A DNA stretch of 64,000 bases from Actinomycetota bacterium (GCA_947449035.1 CANFQC010000001.1:65659-129658); one strand, 5' to 3'. Numbered from the stretch's first letter, positions 1 to 9,550 are shown. A program made the numbers and translations. Notes: generated from the letters alone by a model not told the origin.

Positions 1-1
1 A

Positions 2-535
2 TTTATCGCACTTACTGCAGTGGGGCTCGAGGTGGCTCCCGAACTCCTGACGAGCGGATTTTCCGCCACCACACCCGTCTACAGCTTGTTGGCATTCAGT
101 GCCGGCTGCGGAGTTGCCGTGCAGCAGGCCATCAACGGTCGAGTGGCACGTGCCACGGGTGAGCCGCTTGCCTCCGGTTGGCTGAATTTCGCGATAGGCG
201 CGATTGCCCTCGCCCTCGTCACGCTTCTCTTGGCCGTAACTCAGGTCACGCCGCTTGAGCCTGTCCAGAACATGCCGTGGTGGGCAATTACTCCTGGGTT
301 CATGGGGGCCGCCTTTGTCTCCCTCGCTGCCTGGTCGGTCGGCGCAATCGGAGTGCTCCGCCTAGGACTCCTTTCCGTGGCGGGGCAAATCCTCACCGCC
401 TTCGCATTCGACCTCGTGAATCCCATGGTCGGCATTGCGATGGACCAACGCACCGCGATCTCTTGCGCTCTGGCGCTTCTCGCAGCGTACGTGTCATCTC
501 GAGTACCCGCTAAGCAGGTAACGCATCTCGCCTGA
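2..535 (+). CDS. DMT-superfamily membrane protein (YdcZ/DUF606-like); N-terminus runs off the window edge
   Basis: Frame is open from nt 2 (FIALTA precedes the first start at 20). Multi-helix hydrophobic protein with QQAINGRV and LSVAGQ motifs typical of DUF606. TGA at 533-535. Confidence 0.6.
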   Translation, partial: FIALTAVGLEVAPELLTSGFSATTPVYSLLAFSAGCGVAVQQAINGRVARATGEPLASGWLNFAIGAIALALVTLLLAVTQVTPLEPVQNMPWWAITPGFMGAAFVSLAAWSVGAIGVLRLGLLSVAGQILTAFAFDLVNPMVGIAMDQRTAISCALALLAAYVSSRVPAKQVTHLA

Positions 536-613
536 GCGCAAGAAAACGTCACATCGTTCACGTCTTGTACTCGAGATACCCAAGGCGTGGTCGTACCCCA
601 CTAACTTATTCCC

Positions 614-1528
614 GTGGCCCATGATCGAATTCGAGTCGCAATTCTCGGCTCAGGAAACATAGGCATTGATCTGGGCGAACGCCTCCTGGTCGACGATGAC
701 TTCGAGGTGGTGGCCATCGCAGGTCGACGACCCGATAGCCCGGGCCTGCATCGATTCGATGGGCGTATTCCGCTGGTGGCCTCGAACGGAATCGCCGGCC
801 TCATACCTCACTTCGACTACCTCGATGGCGTCTTCGACGCGACGTCGTCATTCGACCATCCCGAGCACTGGGCAATCACGAAAGCGCACGGCAAGTGGAT
901 TATCGACTTGACCCCCTCAAGCATCGGTCGCCCGACGGTGCCCTGCCTGGTTGATCGCGTCGACTCCATGCACCTGAACCCGGGTGTCGAGCCCGACAAC
1001 CTTTCGATGATCAGTTGCGGTGGACAGTCATCCGGTCCTCTGCTGTACGCGATCACGCAGGGAGTGAGCGGTATCCAAGAGGTCGAGGTGTCGATCAGTG
1101 TCTCGTCCGGCTCCGCCGGGCCTGCCACGCGCCGAAATATTGATCACTACATTGAAGCCACCGAGGCGCTGGCCGCGCAAGTAACGGGTTGCGAGCGGGC
1201 TAAGGCAATCCTCGTTCTCAATCCAGCGGATCCGCCGGTCATGATGCGTACCACCGCGATTGTTCAGGCAGACGTGATCGATCTCGAGGCCGTTCACATC
1301 GCGTGCGCAGAGATGGTGGCAGAAGTCCAGCATGCGGTTCACGGGTACGACCTCGCAGTTGAGCCGCACTTACTCAGCGAGAATTTGGTGTCTGTCACTG
1401 CTCGAGTAATCGGGGCAGGCTTCTACCTTCCTCCGCATGCAGGGAACCTCGACATCATCAATTCCGCTGCGGTTGAGTCAGCACGGATCATTGGTCGTCA
1501 TCATCTTCTGGCGGAGGCGCAGTCATGA
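614..1528 (+). CDS. acetaldehyde dehydrogenase (acetylating), DmpF/MhpF family
   Basis: 304 aa. N-terminal Rossmann motif VAILGSGNIGIDL. Catalytic-Cys context MISCGGQSSGP. ATGA overlap with the next gene. Confidence 0.85.
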   Translation: MAHDRIRVAILGSGNIGIDLGERLLVDDDFEVVAIAGRRPDSPGLHRFDGRIPLVASNGIAGLIPHFDYLDGVFDATSSFDHPEHWAITKAHGKWIIDLTPSSIGRPTVPCLVDRVDSMHLNPGVEPDNLSMISCGGQSSGPLLYAITQGVSGIQEVEVSISVSSGSAGPATRRNIDHYIEATEALAAQVTGCERAKAILVLNPADPPVMMRTTAIVQADVIDLEAVHIACAEMVAEVQHAVHGYDLAVEPHLLSENLVSVTARVIGAGFYLPPHAGNLDIINSAAVESARIIGRHHLLAEAQS

Positions 1529-2511
1529 CGACTTATTACGATGTGACTCTGAGAGACGGCAATCACGCGCTGCGACATCAACTGACCGAGAGCTTCGTAC
1601 GTGAGTACTGCACTTCAGCAGACTCCTCAGGTGTGTGGGCTGTCGAGGTCGGGCACGGAAATGGACTCGGCGCCTCGTCTTTCCTCGTCGGAAAATCGGC
1701 GTATAGCGATGAGGTGCTTCTTGCCGCTGCCCGTGAGTCGCTCAACGAGGCAAAACTGGCAGTTCACACGATTCCAGGTTTTGCCACGATCGATCGTGAC
1801 CTGCGCCCGGCGATCGAACTAGGCGTCGAGGTGTTCCGAGTTGCTACGCACGTCACCGAAGCGACGGTGGCTCAGGGTCACATGGAATACCTCGTCGATC
1901 AGGACGTCATCGTTCATGGGGTCCTAATGATGTCGCACATGATCGAACTGGCAGGCCTACTCGCCAATGCTGCACAGATGAAGTCCTACGGTGCGTCCGC
2001 AATCATTTTGATGGACTCCGCAGGCCGATTCGAGCCGTTCGAGGTGAAGGAACGAGTAGCGATGCTTCACCAGGAACTCGGCTTGGAAGTCGGATTCCAT
2101 GCGCACAACAACCTCGGTCTTGCTGTGGCCAATGCTCATGCAGCATCGGGCGCCGGTGCCAGCATCGTTGATGGTGCGGCCATGGGCCTAGGAGCCGGCT
2201 CTGGCAACGCGCAGCTCGAGTGCATCGTGGCTACCGATCACGGTGCTAGCCATCCGGATCTTCGTCAGGTGCTCGGAATGAGCCGACTGGTCGAGAGCGA
2301 GTTCCCGGACAAGCTACCGCGCACCACGGCCTCGAGCATCGAAAGCGGACTCGCAGGGGTGTTCAGCGGCTACGCGCCGCAAGTGAAGCAGATCTCTTCA
2401 GAATTCGGTCTTAGGCCTGATGAACTCTGGCAGGCACTTGCCGATCACAAAGTCATTGCAGCTCAGGAATCGATGATCCGAGAGATAGCGATAGAACTCA
2501 GCATGCGCTGA
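1525..2511 (+). CDS. 4-hydroxy-2-oxovalerate aldolase, DmpG/MhpE family
   Basis: 328 aa. DVTLRDGNHA, GHGNGLG, RVATHVTEA, MDSAGRF and HAHNNLGLAVANA motifs of HMGL-like DmpG aldolases. Translationally coupled to the DmpF-like gene. Confidence 0.85.
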   Translation: MTTYYDVTLRDGNHALRHQLTESFVREYCTSADSSGVWAVEVGHGNGLGASSFLVGKSAYSDEVLLAAARESLNEAKLAVHTIPGFATIDRDLRPAIELGVEVFRVATHVTEATVAQGHMEYLVDQDVIVHGVLMMSHMIELAGLLANAAQMKSYGASAIILMDSAGRFEPFEVKERVAMLHQELGLEVGFHAHNNLGLAVANAHAASGAGASIVDGAAMGLGAGSGNAQLECIVATDHGASHPDLRQVLGMSRLVESEFPDKLPRTTASSIESGLAGVFSGYAPQVKQISSEFGLRPDELWQALADHKVIAAQESMIREIAIELSMR

Positions 2512-2547
2512 AAGGTCACCGAGCTACCTCCACATTAAACTTCACTC

Positions 2548-3687
2548 ATGCAGAACGCTTCGCCTTCCTCGTCCGCTCTGCCCCGCGGCGGGATGCTCCT
2601 GCACATCGGCGTCCATAAGTCCGGCACCACGGCCATCCAGGCAGCCTTCGAGAATGCCCGCCCTTCGCTCGCTGATTGCGGTGTCTCCTACCCCGGCGAG
2701 CAACAGGCCCACCGTGCGATCGCTTCGTCAGCACTCGGTCGACCGCTCGGCTGGCGCACGACCGGAGCGAACAAGCCAGATGTCTCGGCGTGGAATGAAT
2801 TCGTTCAGCATGCTCAGGCTTACCCGGGAATTACCGTGTGCTCAAGTGAGTTCTTCGCCGAAGCCGACAATGAGGCTGCGGCAGAGATTGTCTCTCGCGT
2901 AGGACTCGACCGCATCCATGTCGTTCTGACGCTGAGAAATCTCGGCAAGATCCTTCCTTCCGCCTGGCAGCAGATGCTGAAGTCGGGTTTCGAGATGGAC
3001 TACGCAACATGGCTCACTGACATCCTTTCCACACCTCACGATCAGATGCATCCGAAATCGAAAAGCTTCTGGATACGTCATAGCCACGGTGAAGTGGTGA
3101 AGAGATGGGCAGATCTTGTCGGTTCCGAACGGCTCACCGTTGTTGTCGTCGATGATTCCGATCGCACTGCGATCTACGGCGCATTCGAGCAACTTCTCGG
3201 CATGCCACAGAACTTCCTGCTGGCATTTCAGGCCTCTTCGCATAATCGCTCGATGACTGTGCCCGAGGCCGAGCTAATTCGCGCCCTGAACATCGCCGTA
3301 GGCGGCGGCAAGGGCTGGAAGCCCTACAGTCAGCAGCAGCACGATTCGCTTATCAAGGCCATCACCGAGGGACGCCTTCCGCCGACCGAAGAGGCTCGAC
3401 TGGTGACGCCACAGTGGGCACTTGATGCCGCAGCCGACTTGGGGCGTTCGGATGTGGATGTCATCGAGCAACTCGGTGTGCACGTGATCGGGAATCTAGA
3501 GAAGCTCGCCGAGCGACTCACGGAGCCAACACACGTGAGTGAATCGCCACCCGACACCGTGCCTATTGATGTTGCCGTCGCAGCCACTCTCGGAGCAATG
3601 AAGCCTGGTATGGAACCAAAGCCGGCTGCGAGCTTCCTCGAACGCTTCCGACTTCGTCTGAGCTCGCTCATGAAGCGCGGCTCGTAG
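2548..3687 (+). CDS. sulfotransferase-fold protein (function unknown)
   Basis: 379 aa. N-terminal LLHIGVHKSGTTAIQ resembles the PAPS-binding loop of bacterial sulfotransferase-family proteins. The rest is not recognisable. Confidence 0.45.
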   Translation: MQNASPSSSALPRGGMLLHIGVHKSGTTAIQAAFENARPSLADCGVSYPGEQQAHRAIASSALGRPLGWRTTGANKPDVSAWNEFVQHAQAYPGITVCSSEFFAEADNEAAAEIVSRVGLDRIHVVLTLRNLGKILPSAWQQMLKSGFEMDYATWLTDILSTPHDQMHPKSKSFWIRHSHGEVVKRWADLVGSERLTVVVVDDSDRTAIYGAFEQLLGMPQNFLLAFQASSHNRSMTVPEAELIRALNIAVGGGKGWKPYSQQQHDSLIKAITEGRLPPTEEARLVTPQWALDAAADLGRSDVDVIEQLGVHVIGNLEKLAERLTEPTHVSESPPDTVPIDVAVAATLGAMKPGMEPKPAASFLERFRLRLSSLMKRGS

Positions 3688-3772
3688 AGTCCCCGGAGAT
3701 ACTGATCAGGACCTGAGCTCGGTCTGAAACCTTGATGGATTCACGACGCGAGCGATGCGTCAGAAAAACGTG

Positions 3773-3848
3773 TGGTGGGTCGCCCGGGGCTCGAACCCGG
3801 AACCTACGGATTAAAAGTCCGCAGCTCTAACCATTGAGCTAGCGACCC
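3773..3848 (-). tRNA. tRNA-Lys (anticodon TTT), CCA encoded
   Basis: Reverse complement reads GGGTCGCTAGCTCAATGGTTAGAGCTGCGGACTTTTAATCCGTAGGTTCCGGGTTCGAGCCCCGGGCGACCCACCA. Full cloverleaf; anticodon loop CTTTTAA. Confidence 0.95.
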
Positions 3849-3914
3849 GTGCTCACGGCTTACGTCGCGAGCGCATCCAAGACTACGGGCTCAGGAGAGG
3901 CAGGCCGACAGCGG

Positions 3915-4916
3915 TCAGGCGCGACTAGCCGGTACTGAGTCGGGCTTGCCCACCGAATTCCTGTAGTACGGAAGTAGGAGAGCCACCGTGATCAGGCCGA
4001 TAAAGCTTCCGATAATCGTGAAGCCCAGACGACTGATCGCGAGTTGCAACAGCGAGCCCTCGTCACCGCTCGAGGCGACCACGAGCACGACACCTGGGGT
4101 AAGGAACACGACGTATTGCCAGTAGGCACGCCTCGAGTCCATCTTGACGAGCAAGGACACCCCGAGCAGAACAACGCCCACAAGAATTTCCGCTATCGGC
4201 GTGCTCACGAAGGCGCTCAGCACGATGGCGATGCCGAAGCCGGCAACCGTCCCGATAGCGCGCTGCACGCTTCTTTTGAAGGTGCTGGAGATACCAGGCT
4301 GCACAACGATGAGGATGGTCATCATGAGCCAGGCTCCGCCGTGACCGAGGTTCCGATCGGCCACGACCCACGCCGTTCCACCGACCAGCAGCGCGAGAAT
4401 GATTGCCATGAGCCTCGCGTGACGCGCCTCAAGTGGTGCAGCGGGCGGGAAGTGAATCTTGTGGAAGACCTTGTTAGTGATTGTCAGGCCCCAGAAGCCG
4501 GCGCACAGCGCAATGAAGCCGACCACGAGAGCATCCTGAACCGTCGAGAGTGAGGTTGAGACCACTGGTGGCTGCGCAACGAAGAAGGCCACGGATATCG
4601 CAAAGAAGTTCACTGCCGAGACAAGACCTCGAATAGACGCGATGCCGGATATCCCCGCGCAGACACCCATGATGAGCATCGATCCCCAGGGATTTCCCTG
4701 GTTGAGAACGGCGAGGGTCGAGGCGATAGCGAGAAGGATCACCGTGTAGACGGAGAGTCGAACGGTGCTCGAAAGAACTGCAAGAGCGCCGGTGACCGTG
4801 CCGAGCATCCAGATACCGCTGGCCTCCCCCCAGCCGAGAAGAACGAAGAGCACCGCCGGAATTGCCGGTACGGCCATGACCATCAAGATCAGCGGGATGG
4901 ATTTCTTGAGGCTCAT
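3915..4916 (-). CDS. FUSC/aromatic-acid-exporter-like integral membrane protein
   Basis: Very hydrophobic, about 10 TM. KRSVQRAIGTVAGFGIA motif of the FUSC family. ATG at 4916 forms an ATGA overlap with the stop of the upstream HAD gene. Longer ORF-track start (5003) rejected. Confidence 0.6.
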   Translation of the reverse strand: MSLKKSIPLILMVMAVPAIPAVLFVLLGWGEASGIWMLGTVTGALAVLSSTVRLSVYTVILLAIASTLAVLNQGNPWGSMLIMGVCAGISGIASIRGLVSAVNFFAISVAFFVAQPPVVSTSLSTVQDALVVGFIALCAGFWGLTITNKVFHKIHFPPAAPLEARHARLMAIILALLVGGTAWVVADRNLGHGGAWLMMTILIVVQPGISSTFKRSVQRAIGTVAGFGIAIVLSAFVSTPIAEILVGVVLLGVSLLVKMDSRRAYWQYVVFLTPGVVLVVASSGDEGSLLQLAISRLGFTIIGSFIGLITVALLLPYYRNSVGKPDSVPASRA

Positions 4917-5503
4917 GGCCATTGGCGAATATCCACAATTCTCCCGGCACCAGCGCCGCGCGCCGACGTCATGCCTATTTCGCTGTCTTCGTACACGAGG
5001 CAATCTGCGGGATCAACGCCAAGCTTTCGCATGGTCAATGAGTACAGATCAGGTGCCGGCTTCGAATGAGTCACTTCGTCAGCAGTGACGATGAAGTCGA
5101 AGAGCGAGGTGATGCCGGCTGCGTCGAGCGATGGCACCACGACATCGCGATACCCACCGGTGACTACGGCCATGGGAAGTTTGCCGTGATAACGCCGGGC
5201 CACATCGACCACGTGCTCGAGAGGTTCAATCTTGTGGAGCATCTCGTTGTACATGGCCATCGCTTCGATATTGAGCTCTTCGGCAAGCTCTGCCGTCGCA
5301 TCAGGAATGGCATACAGGACCATCGGCAGGAGTGGCAGATTCGCCCACTCCTCCCACCATTCGTCGGTGATGACGAAGTCGTATCTCAAGAACAGCTGAT
5401 GCCATACCTCGCGATGCACGGGCATCGTGTCGACGAGGGTGCCGTCGCAGTCGAAGAGGATCGCCTTCGTGGTCTCGTCAGGCAGGTGATTGGCAGTCGA
5501 CAT
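4913..5503 (-). CDS. HAD-superfamily hydrolase (beta-phosphoglucomutase-like subfamily IA)
   Basis: ILFDCDGTLVDT (motif I), VVTGG (motif II), YEDSEIG (motif IV). ATG at 5503; the track start at 5512 is TTG. Confidence 0.8.
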   Translation of the reverse strand: MSTANHLPDETTKAILFDCDGTLVDTMPVHREVWHQLFLRYDFVITDEWWEEWANLPLLPMVLYAIPDATAELAEELNIEAMAMYNEMLHKIEPLEHVVDVARRYHGKLPMAVVTGGYRDVVVPSLDAAGITSLFDFIVTADEVTHSKPAPDLYSLTMRKLGVDPADCLVYEDSEIGMTSARGAGAGRIVDIRQWP

Positions 5504-5556
5504 GGTGCTCAAACCCTAGTGGCCCTGGTGTGGCCTCACAGGCACAGAGTTGCCGG

Positions 5557-6810
5557 TCAGCCCCGCTTGGTGAAGGTAATCGGCAGATCCACCAGTGAGT
5601 AGAAGATGAGCCCGCCGGTGCGCTGCAGATTCGCTCCCGGTGCCAGCTGAATGTTGTCGAGTCGATCCAGGATGCGATCGAAGCCGATCATCAGCTCTTG
5701 AATGGCAAGTGGCTGCCCGACGCAGAAGTGCGGGCCACGCGAGAAGGCGAGGTGCTTGCTTGCATTCTCACGCGTGATGTCAAACTTCTCTGGCTCAGGG
5801 AAGACGCTTTCGTCCCAGTTCGCAGATCCGTAGCGGGTGTGAATGATGCTGTTGGCCGGAATCGTCACACCACTGAGCTCGGTATCTATGGTCGTGCGTC
5901 GGAACAGGCCCTGCACGGAACTCGAGTGACGAAGTGCCTCCTCGGCAAAGTTGCGAAGAAGCGAACGGTCGTTGCGCAGCAACTCCATCTGATCGGGATT
6001 CTCGATCAGCAGCAGCATCGCGTTCGCGATCGAGTCTGCCGTAGTCGTGTAGCCGCCTGTGATGAGCTGGTTCATCAGGTTCTGAAGTTCATGCATGGTC
6101 AACGGCTCGTCGCCATCAGTGGAATCAGCGAGCAGCGCCGAGAGGATGTCGTCGGTCGGGTTAGCTCGGCGCTCCTCGAAGAGCTTGGCCAGGTAGTGCT
6201 GCGCTTCTGCCTCGACCTCCGCGTACTTCTTCGCCGAAGCCTCGTCGACAAGCAGGCCCATCGCCGGAGCGAGCATGCCGTCGCTCCAGGCCTTGAAGGT
6301 GTTGATCTGGTCGGCATCGAGTCCGATCTGCTCGGCGATGATCAACCCGGGCAGCGGGAAGGCGAATGCCTGAACGAAGTCGCATTCACCCTTGTCAATG
6401 AAGGCATCAATGAGCTCGTCAGCGATCCGGTTCAGGCTCGGGAGCATCGCCTTGACCATTGGCGGGGTGAGCGTCCGATTGATCAGCCGGCGGTAGCGAC
6501 CGTGCACGGGCGGGTCGGTGCGCTGCAGGGTCTGCACGTGTCCCCATCCCACCTCAGCCAAGTGGTCATCGAACATGCGACCAAGATCAGCCGCAGCCTC
6601 ACCGGCAAGCTGTTCGATCTCGATGTCATTGGAGAAAGTTGCGGGATCTGACAGAACTGTCTTGAGGTCGTCGTAATTAGAGATGACATAGAACCCGGTT
6701 TCGGGCATCCGATACACAGGGGCCTTCTCGCGCAGTTGCTGGTGGTACGCGAAGGGACAGGCCTGAACGGCCGGATCCAGCAGCGTTCCCTCAATCTCCA
6801 CGGCAGACAT
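5557..6810 (-). CDS. cytochrome P450 monooxygenase
   Basis: Heme-ligand loop FSRGPHFCVGQPLA, EALR (ExxR), I-helix GGYTTTAD. ATG at 6810 is preceded by AAGGGAG; the track start at 6867 is TTG without an SD. Confidence 0.9.
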   Translation of the reverse strand: MSAVEIEGTLLDPAVQACPFAYHQQLREKAPVYRMPETGFYVISNYDDLKTVLSDPATFSNDIEIEQLAGEAAADLGRMFDDHLAEVGWGHVQTLQRTDPPVHGRYRRLINRTLTPPMVKAMLPSLNRIADELIDAFIDKGECDFVQAFAFPLPGLIIAEQIGLDADQINTFKAWSDGMLAPAMGLLVDEASAKKYAEVEAEAQHYLAKLFEERRANPTDDILSALLADSTDGDEPLTMHELQNLMNQLITGGYTTTADSIANAMLLLIENPDQMELLRNDRSLLRNFAEEALRHSSSVQGLFRRTTIDTELSGVTIPANSIIHTRYGSANWDESVFPEPEKFDITRENASKHLAFSRGPHFCVGQPLAIQELMIGFDRILDRLDNIQLAPGANLQRTGGLIFYSLVDLPITFTKRG

Positions 6811-6870
6811 CGCACTCCCTTTAATTGTCGGTAGCGGCAGTGCACCACCGCCCTCGGAGACTGTCAACGG

Positions 6871-6882
6871 ATTTGGCCAAAT
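6871..6882. repeat. 12-bp perfect palindrome ATTTGGCCAAAT in the P450 / SnoaL-SDR divergent intergenic region (candidate operator)
   Basis: Read directly from the sequence. AT-rich palindrome in an otherwise GC-rich 133-nt divergent promoter region. Confidence 0.3.
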
Positions 6883-6943
6883 TCATCTACATGACTTTCC
6901 GAAAGCCACCACGTGGCCAGCAACCGATGGGAATACTTCCCGC

Positions 6944-7390
6944 ATGACCACTGAGGATGTCCACGCTCGCCTGGAGAAGCTCGAATCGATCGAGGCGGCC
7001 CGCAACGTAACCCAGCAGTATGCGCGAGCGATCGACTCCCTGGACTGGGATCTCCTGACCGAGACGTTCACCACTGACGCAAACCTCATCTCGCGCAGCA
7101 GCTCTCATGTGGGGCGTGAGGCTGTCATCGCGAACTACCGCCGAGCTCTCGAGGCCCCCCTCGATCGCAAGCACTTCATCATCAACACCAGCGCCGAGTG
7201 GATGTCTCGCGGCGAGGTCATCGTGAACTCGTATTTCATCTACACCTTTGCCGGTGACGAGACCTCGACGCTCGGCTGGGGCAACTACACCGACCGGGTG
7301 CGAATCGAGAACGGCGTGGCCCGGATTGCTGAGAAGCGCATCTCGATTGATCGCTCCGGCTCCGTGCTTCCCGGCTGGATGAATCGATGA
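6944..7390 (+). CDS. SnoaL-like / NTF2-fold protein
   Basis: 148 aa. N-terminal helix with IEAARNVTQQYARAIDSLDWDLL typical of SnoaL_4/NTF2-like proteins. ATGA overlap with the downstream SDR. Confidence 0.6.
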   Translation: MTTEDVHARLEKLESIEAARNVTQQYARAIDSLDWDLLTETFTTDANLISRSSSHVGREAVIANYRRALEAPLDRKHFIINTSAEWMSRGEVIVNSYFIYTFAGDETSTLGWGNYTDRVRIENGVARIAEKRISIDRSGSVLPGWMNR

Positions 7391-8184
7391 GCCAGCTCGC
7401 AGGTAAGCGAATCCTGATTACCGGCGCGGGGCAAGGCATGGGATATGCCATCGCCCTGGGAATGGCGGCAGCCGGCGCCGAGGCGATCGTCGTCACCGAT
7501 GTGAACGAGTCCAATGGCCACTCCATTGCCGAGGCCGTGCGCGATATTGGCGTCAAGGCAACCTTCATCAGGGCTGATCTACGCAACGGGGCCGAGATCG
7601 AGGCGTTGATCGACGGATCGGTCACGTTCATGGGTGGCCTGGACTGCGTCGTGAATAACGCGGGGGTCATCGACTCCCAGCTCAGTGACAACGCCACGAT
7701 CGAAGGGCTTGACGAGGCAACCTGGGATCTCGTGATGGACGTCAACTTGAAGGCGATTTGGCTCATGACCAAGTTTGCGGCACCGCACCTTCGTGCATCG
7801 GGTCGAGGCGCCACGATCATAAACTCCGCTTCGGTCTCCGGAATCAACGGGACAAAGGCAGGAGTCGCCTACGGAGCGAGCAAGGCGGGCGTCATTCAGT
7901 TCACGAAGTCCAGTGCGCTTTACCTAGCGCCTGAGGTGCGGGTGAACTGCTACCTGCCCGGCACGATTGAGACCCCAATGTCACTCGGGCATCTCGATGC
8001 GTCACCGGATCGCGCGGACACTCTTCGACGTATGACCGGCGCACATCTACTGCCGCGCATGGGCGAGCCGTCGGAGGTTTCGGACCTCGTGTGCTTCCTG
8101 GCCTCTGATCAGTCTTCGTTCATCACCGGGGTCGCTATTCCGATCGACGGCGGCATGCTCGCCTGGCGAGGAGTGCGCGGCTAG
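7387..8184 (+). CDS. SDR-family oxidoreductase
   Basis: TGAGQGMG cofactor motif, NNAG, catalytic YGASKAG. Confidence 0.9.
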   Translation: MSQLAGKRILITGAGQGMGYAIALGMAAAGAEAIVVTDVNESNGHSIAEAVRDIGVKATFIRADLRNGAEIEALIDGSVTFMGGLDCVVNNAGVIDSQLSDNATIEGLDEATWDLVMDVNLKAIWLMTKFAAPHLRASGRGATIINSASVSGINGTKAGVAYGASKAGVIQFTKSSALYLAPEVRVNCYLPGTIETPMSLGHLDASPDRADTLRRMTGAHLLPRMGEPSEVSDLVCFLASDQSSFITGVAIPIDGGMLAWRGVRG

Positions 8185-9062
8185 AGACGAGCCTTGATGG
8201 CCGCGACCATGTTGCTAGCCGCTGACTCGTGCTTCGCGAAAAAGAGTGAAGGCTCGGTGAGTTCGAGCTCAAGAAGCAAGGGTTCTCCGTTCGGGCCGGG
8301 AATCAGATCGACGCGCGCGTAGAGCACGCGATCAGAGCCACCGGGGATTGCCGCAAGCACCTGGCGAGCAGCCTCATGCTCTGCCTCGGTCGGAACGCGT
8401 GGATCAATGGTTTCGACGACATACAGGCCCTCGACGCGTTCACCTTCGGCGTTGGGAGCGAGCATCGGGCCCTTGCGAATGGAATGCGAGAACTCGCCGC
8501 CCATGTAGATCACCGCAGTTTCTCCGACAGTGTCGACGGCATCGAGATACGGCTGGATCATCACGACCCTGTTGTCATCGAGCAGTCGCTGCGCATGTGC
8601 GCGAGGTGCGTCCATCGGTTCAGCAGCGATGTAGCGCATGGTGTCGCGCGAACCCGCCGACACGGCAGGCTTGACGACATATTCGGCGAATCCAGCCGGC
8701 GGCTCCCATTCAGTGACGCCGCCGGGCTCGAGGAAAACCGTGGGAACGACTGGCACGCCAGCTTCGAGCAAATCTCGCAGGTAACGCTTGTCGGTATTCC
8801 ACTCGATCACGTCGGCGGGGTTAAGCAAGGAGGTGACCGCGGCTACACGCTTTGCCCACGCAATGAAGTCCTCATGGAATTCGGTGTAGTCCCAAGGCGA
8901 GCGCACGATCACGAGGTCATACGCCGACCAGTCAACACTTGAGTCTGTCCAGATACATGACGCAACAGTGAAACCCTCGGCTTCGAGCCCGTCCTTGAGA
9001 AGCAGCTCGTCAGGGTCGAGATCGGGGAGCGCTGCACAGGTCACGAGAGCAATCGATGTCAT
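8181..9062 (-). CDS. ATP-grasp domain protein (RimK-like, unknown ligase)
   Basis: 293 aa. N-terminal pre-ATP-grasp region (VTCAALPDLDPDE, WDY), then KPAVSAGSRDT and a C-terminal ARVDL..LLELELTEP pattern typical of ATP-grasp folds. Confidence 0.6.
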   Translation of the reverse strand: MTSIALVTCAALPDLDPDELLLKDGLEAEGFTVASCIWTDSSVDWSAYDLVIVRSPWDYTEFHEDFIAWAKRVAAVTSLLNPADVIEWNTDKRYLRDLLEAGVPVVPTVFLEPGGVTEWEPPAGFAEYVVKPAVSAGSRDTMRYIAAEPMDAPRAHAQRLLDDNRVVMIQPYLDAVDTVGETAVIYMGGEFSHSIRKGPMLAPNAEGERVEGLYVVETIDPRVPTEAEHEAARQVLAAIPGGSDRVLYARVDLIPGPNGEPLLLELELTEPSLFFAKHESAASNMVAAIKARL

Positions 9063-9088
9063 ACGACAATTCTATTGAGGACAAAGAA

Positions 9089-9117
9089 CGAGGGACCGGC
9101 CGATGGCCGGTCCCTCG
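9089..9117 (-). terminator. intrinsic terminator for the lipoprotein gene
   Basis: 13-bp perfect stem CGAGGGACCGGCC/GGCCGGTCCCTCG with a 3-nt loop. On the minus strand it is followed by TTCTTTGT, 17 nt after the stop at 9134. Confidence 0.7.
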
Positions 9118-9133
9118 TTTCAGAACTTGGTGA

Positions 9134-9550
9134 TTACTCGCTGATGGTGATGGTGACATCGCGCATTGAACTGTCAGGGTTGGTGACAGTAACGACTGCG
9201 GTGCCTGCAGCGAGTGCCTTGGCGCCCGGGTTGAACTCTGCGCCATCCTTCTCGCCACCCTGGGTGAGCTCGACGAGGTCAGGGGTGCTGGTCGAGATTG
9301 TGGTGCCGGCGAGCTTGGCAACGTTGAACACGATGGTGTCGCCAACCTTCGCCTCAGCCGTGGTGGCGGTGGCATCAACCATGACGGGGGGCAGCACGTC
9401 GCCTCCGATGGGGCTAGCGGCGGCACTCGCGGCAGCTTCTGAAGCCGGTGCAGCGGGGGTCGACGAGGTGGATGCCGAGCAACCGGCGAGAACGGCGATA
9501 CCGAGCAGTGCGGTCGCGCTTGCGGCGACGATACGACCGGTGCGGGTCAT
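9134..9550 (-). CDS. small secreted lipoprotein, function unknown
   Basis: Signal peptide plus lipobox (LLGIAVLAGC). ATG at 9550 is preceded by GAAGGAG. Ala/Thr-rich linker, then a roughly 90-aa beta-rich domain. Confidence 0.7.
   Translation of the reverse strand: MTRTGRIVAASATALLGIAVLAGCSASTSSTPAAPASEAAASAAASPIGGDVLPPVMVDATATTAEAKVGDTIVFNVAKLAGTTISTSTPDLVELTQGGEKDGAEFNPGAKALAAGTAVVTVTNPDSSMRDVTITISE

Noticed and set aside
3745-3772. Small hairpin GACGC-N7-GCGTC and a T-run next to tRNA-Lys, considered as a possible terminator.
   Set aside because: On the tRNA (minus) strand the T-run precedes rather than follows the 5-bp stem. On the plus strand it is followed by an A-run. That is too weak and wrongly ordered.
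5698-6651. 317-aa ORF antisense to the P450 gene. Similar long antisense ORFs occur at 46504-47451 (in purF), 50713-51603 (in the ABC ATPase), 53612-54295 (in purL), 58151-58738 (in purB) and 60662-61417 (in the aminotransferase).
   Set aside because: The opposite strand encodes proteins with unmistakable family motifs. The antisense translations are Arg/His/Asp-rich with no motif. Stop-poor antisense frames are expected in high-GC DNA.
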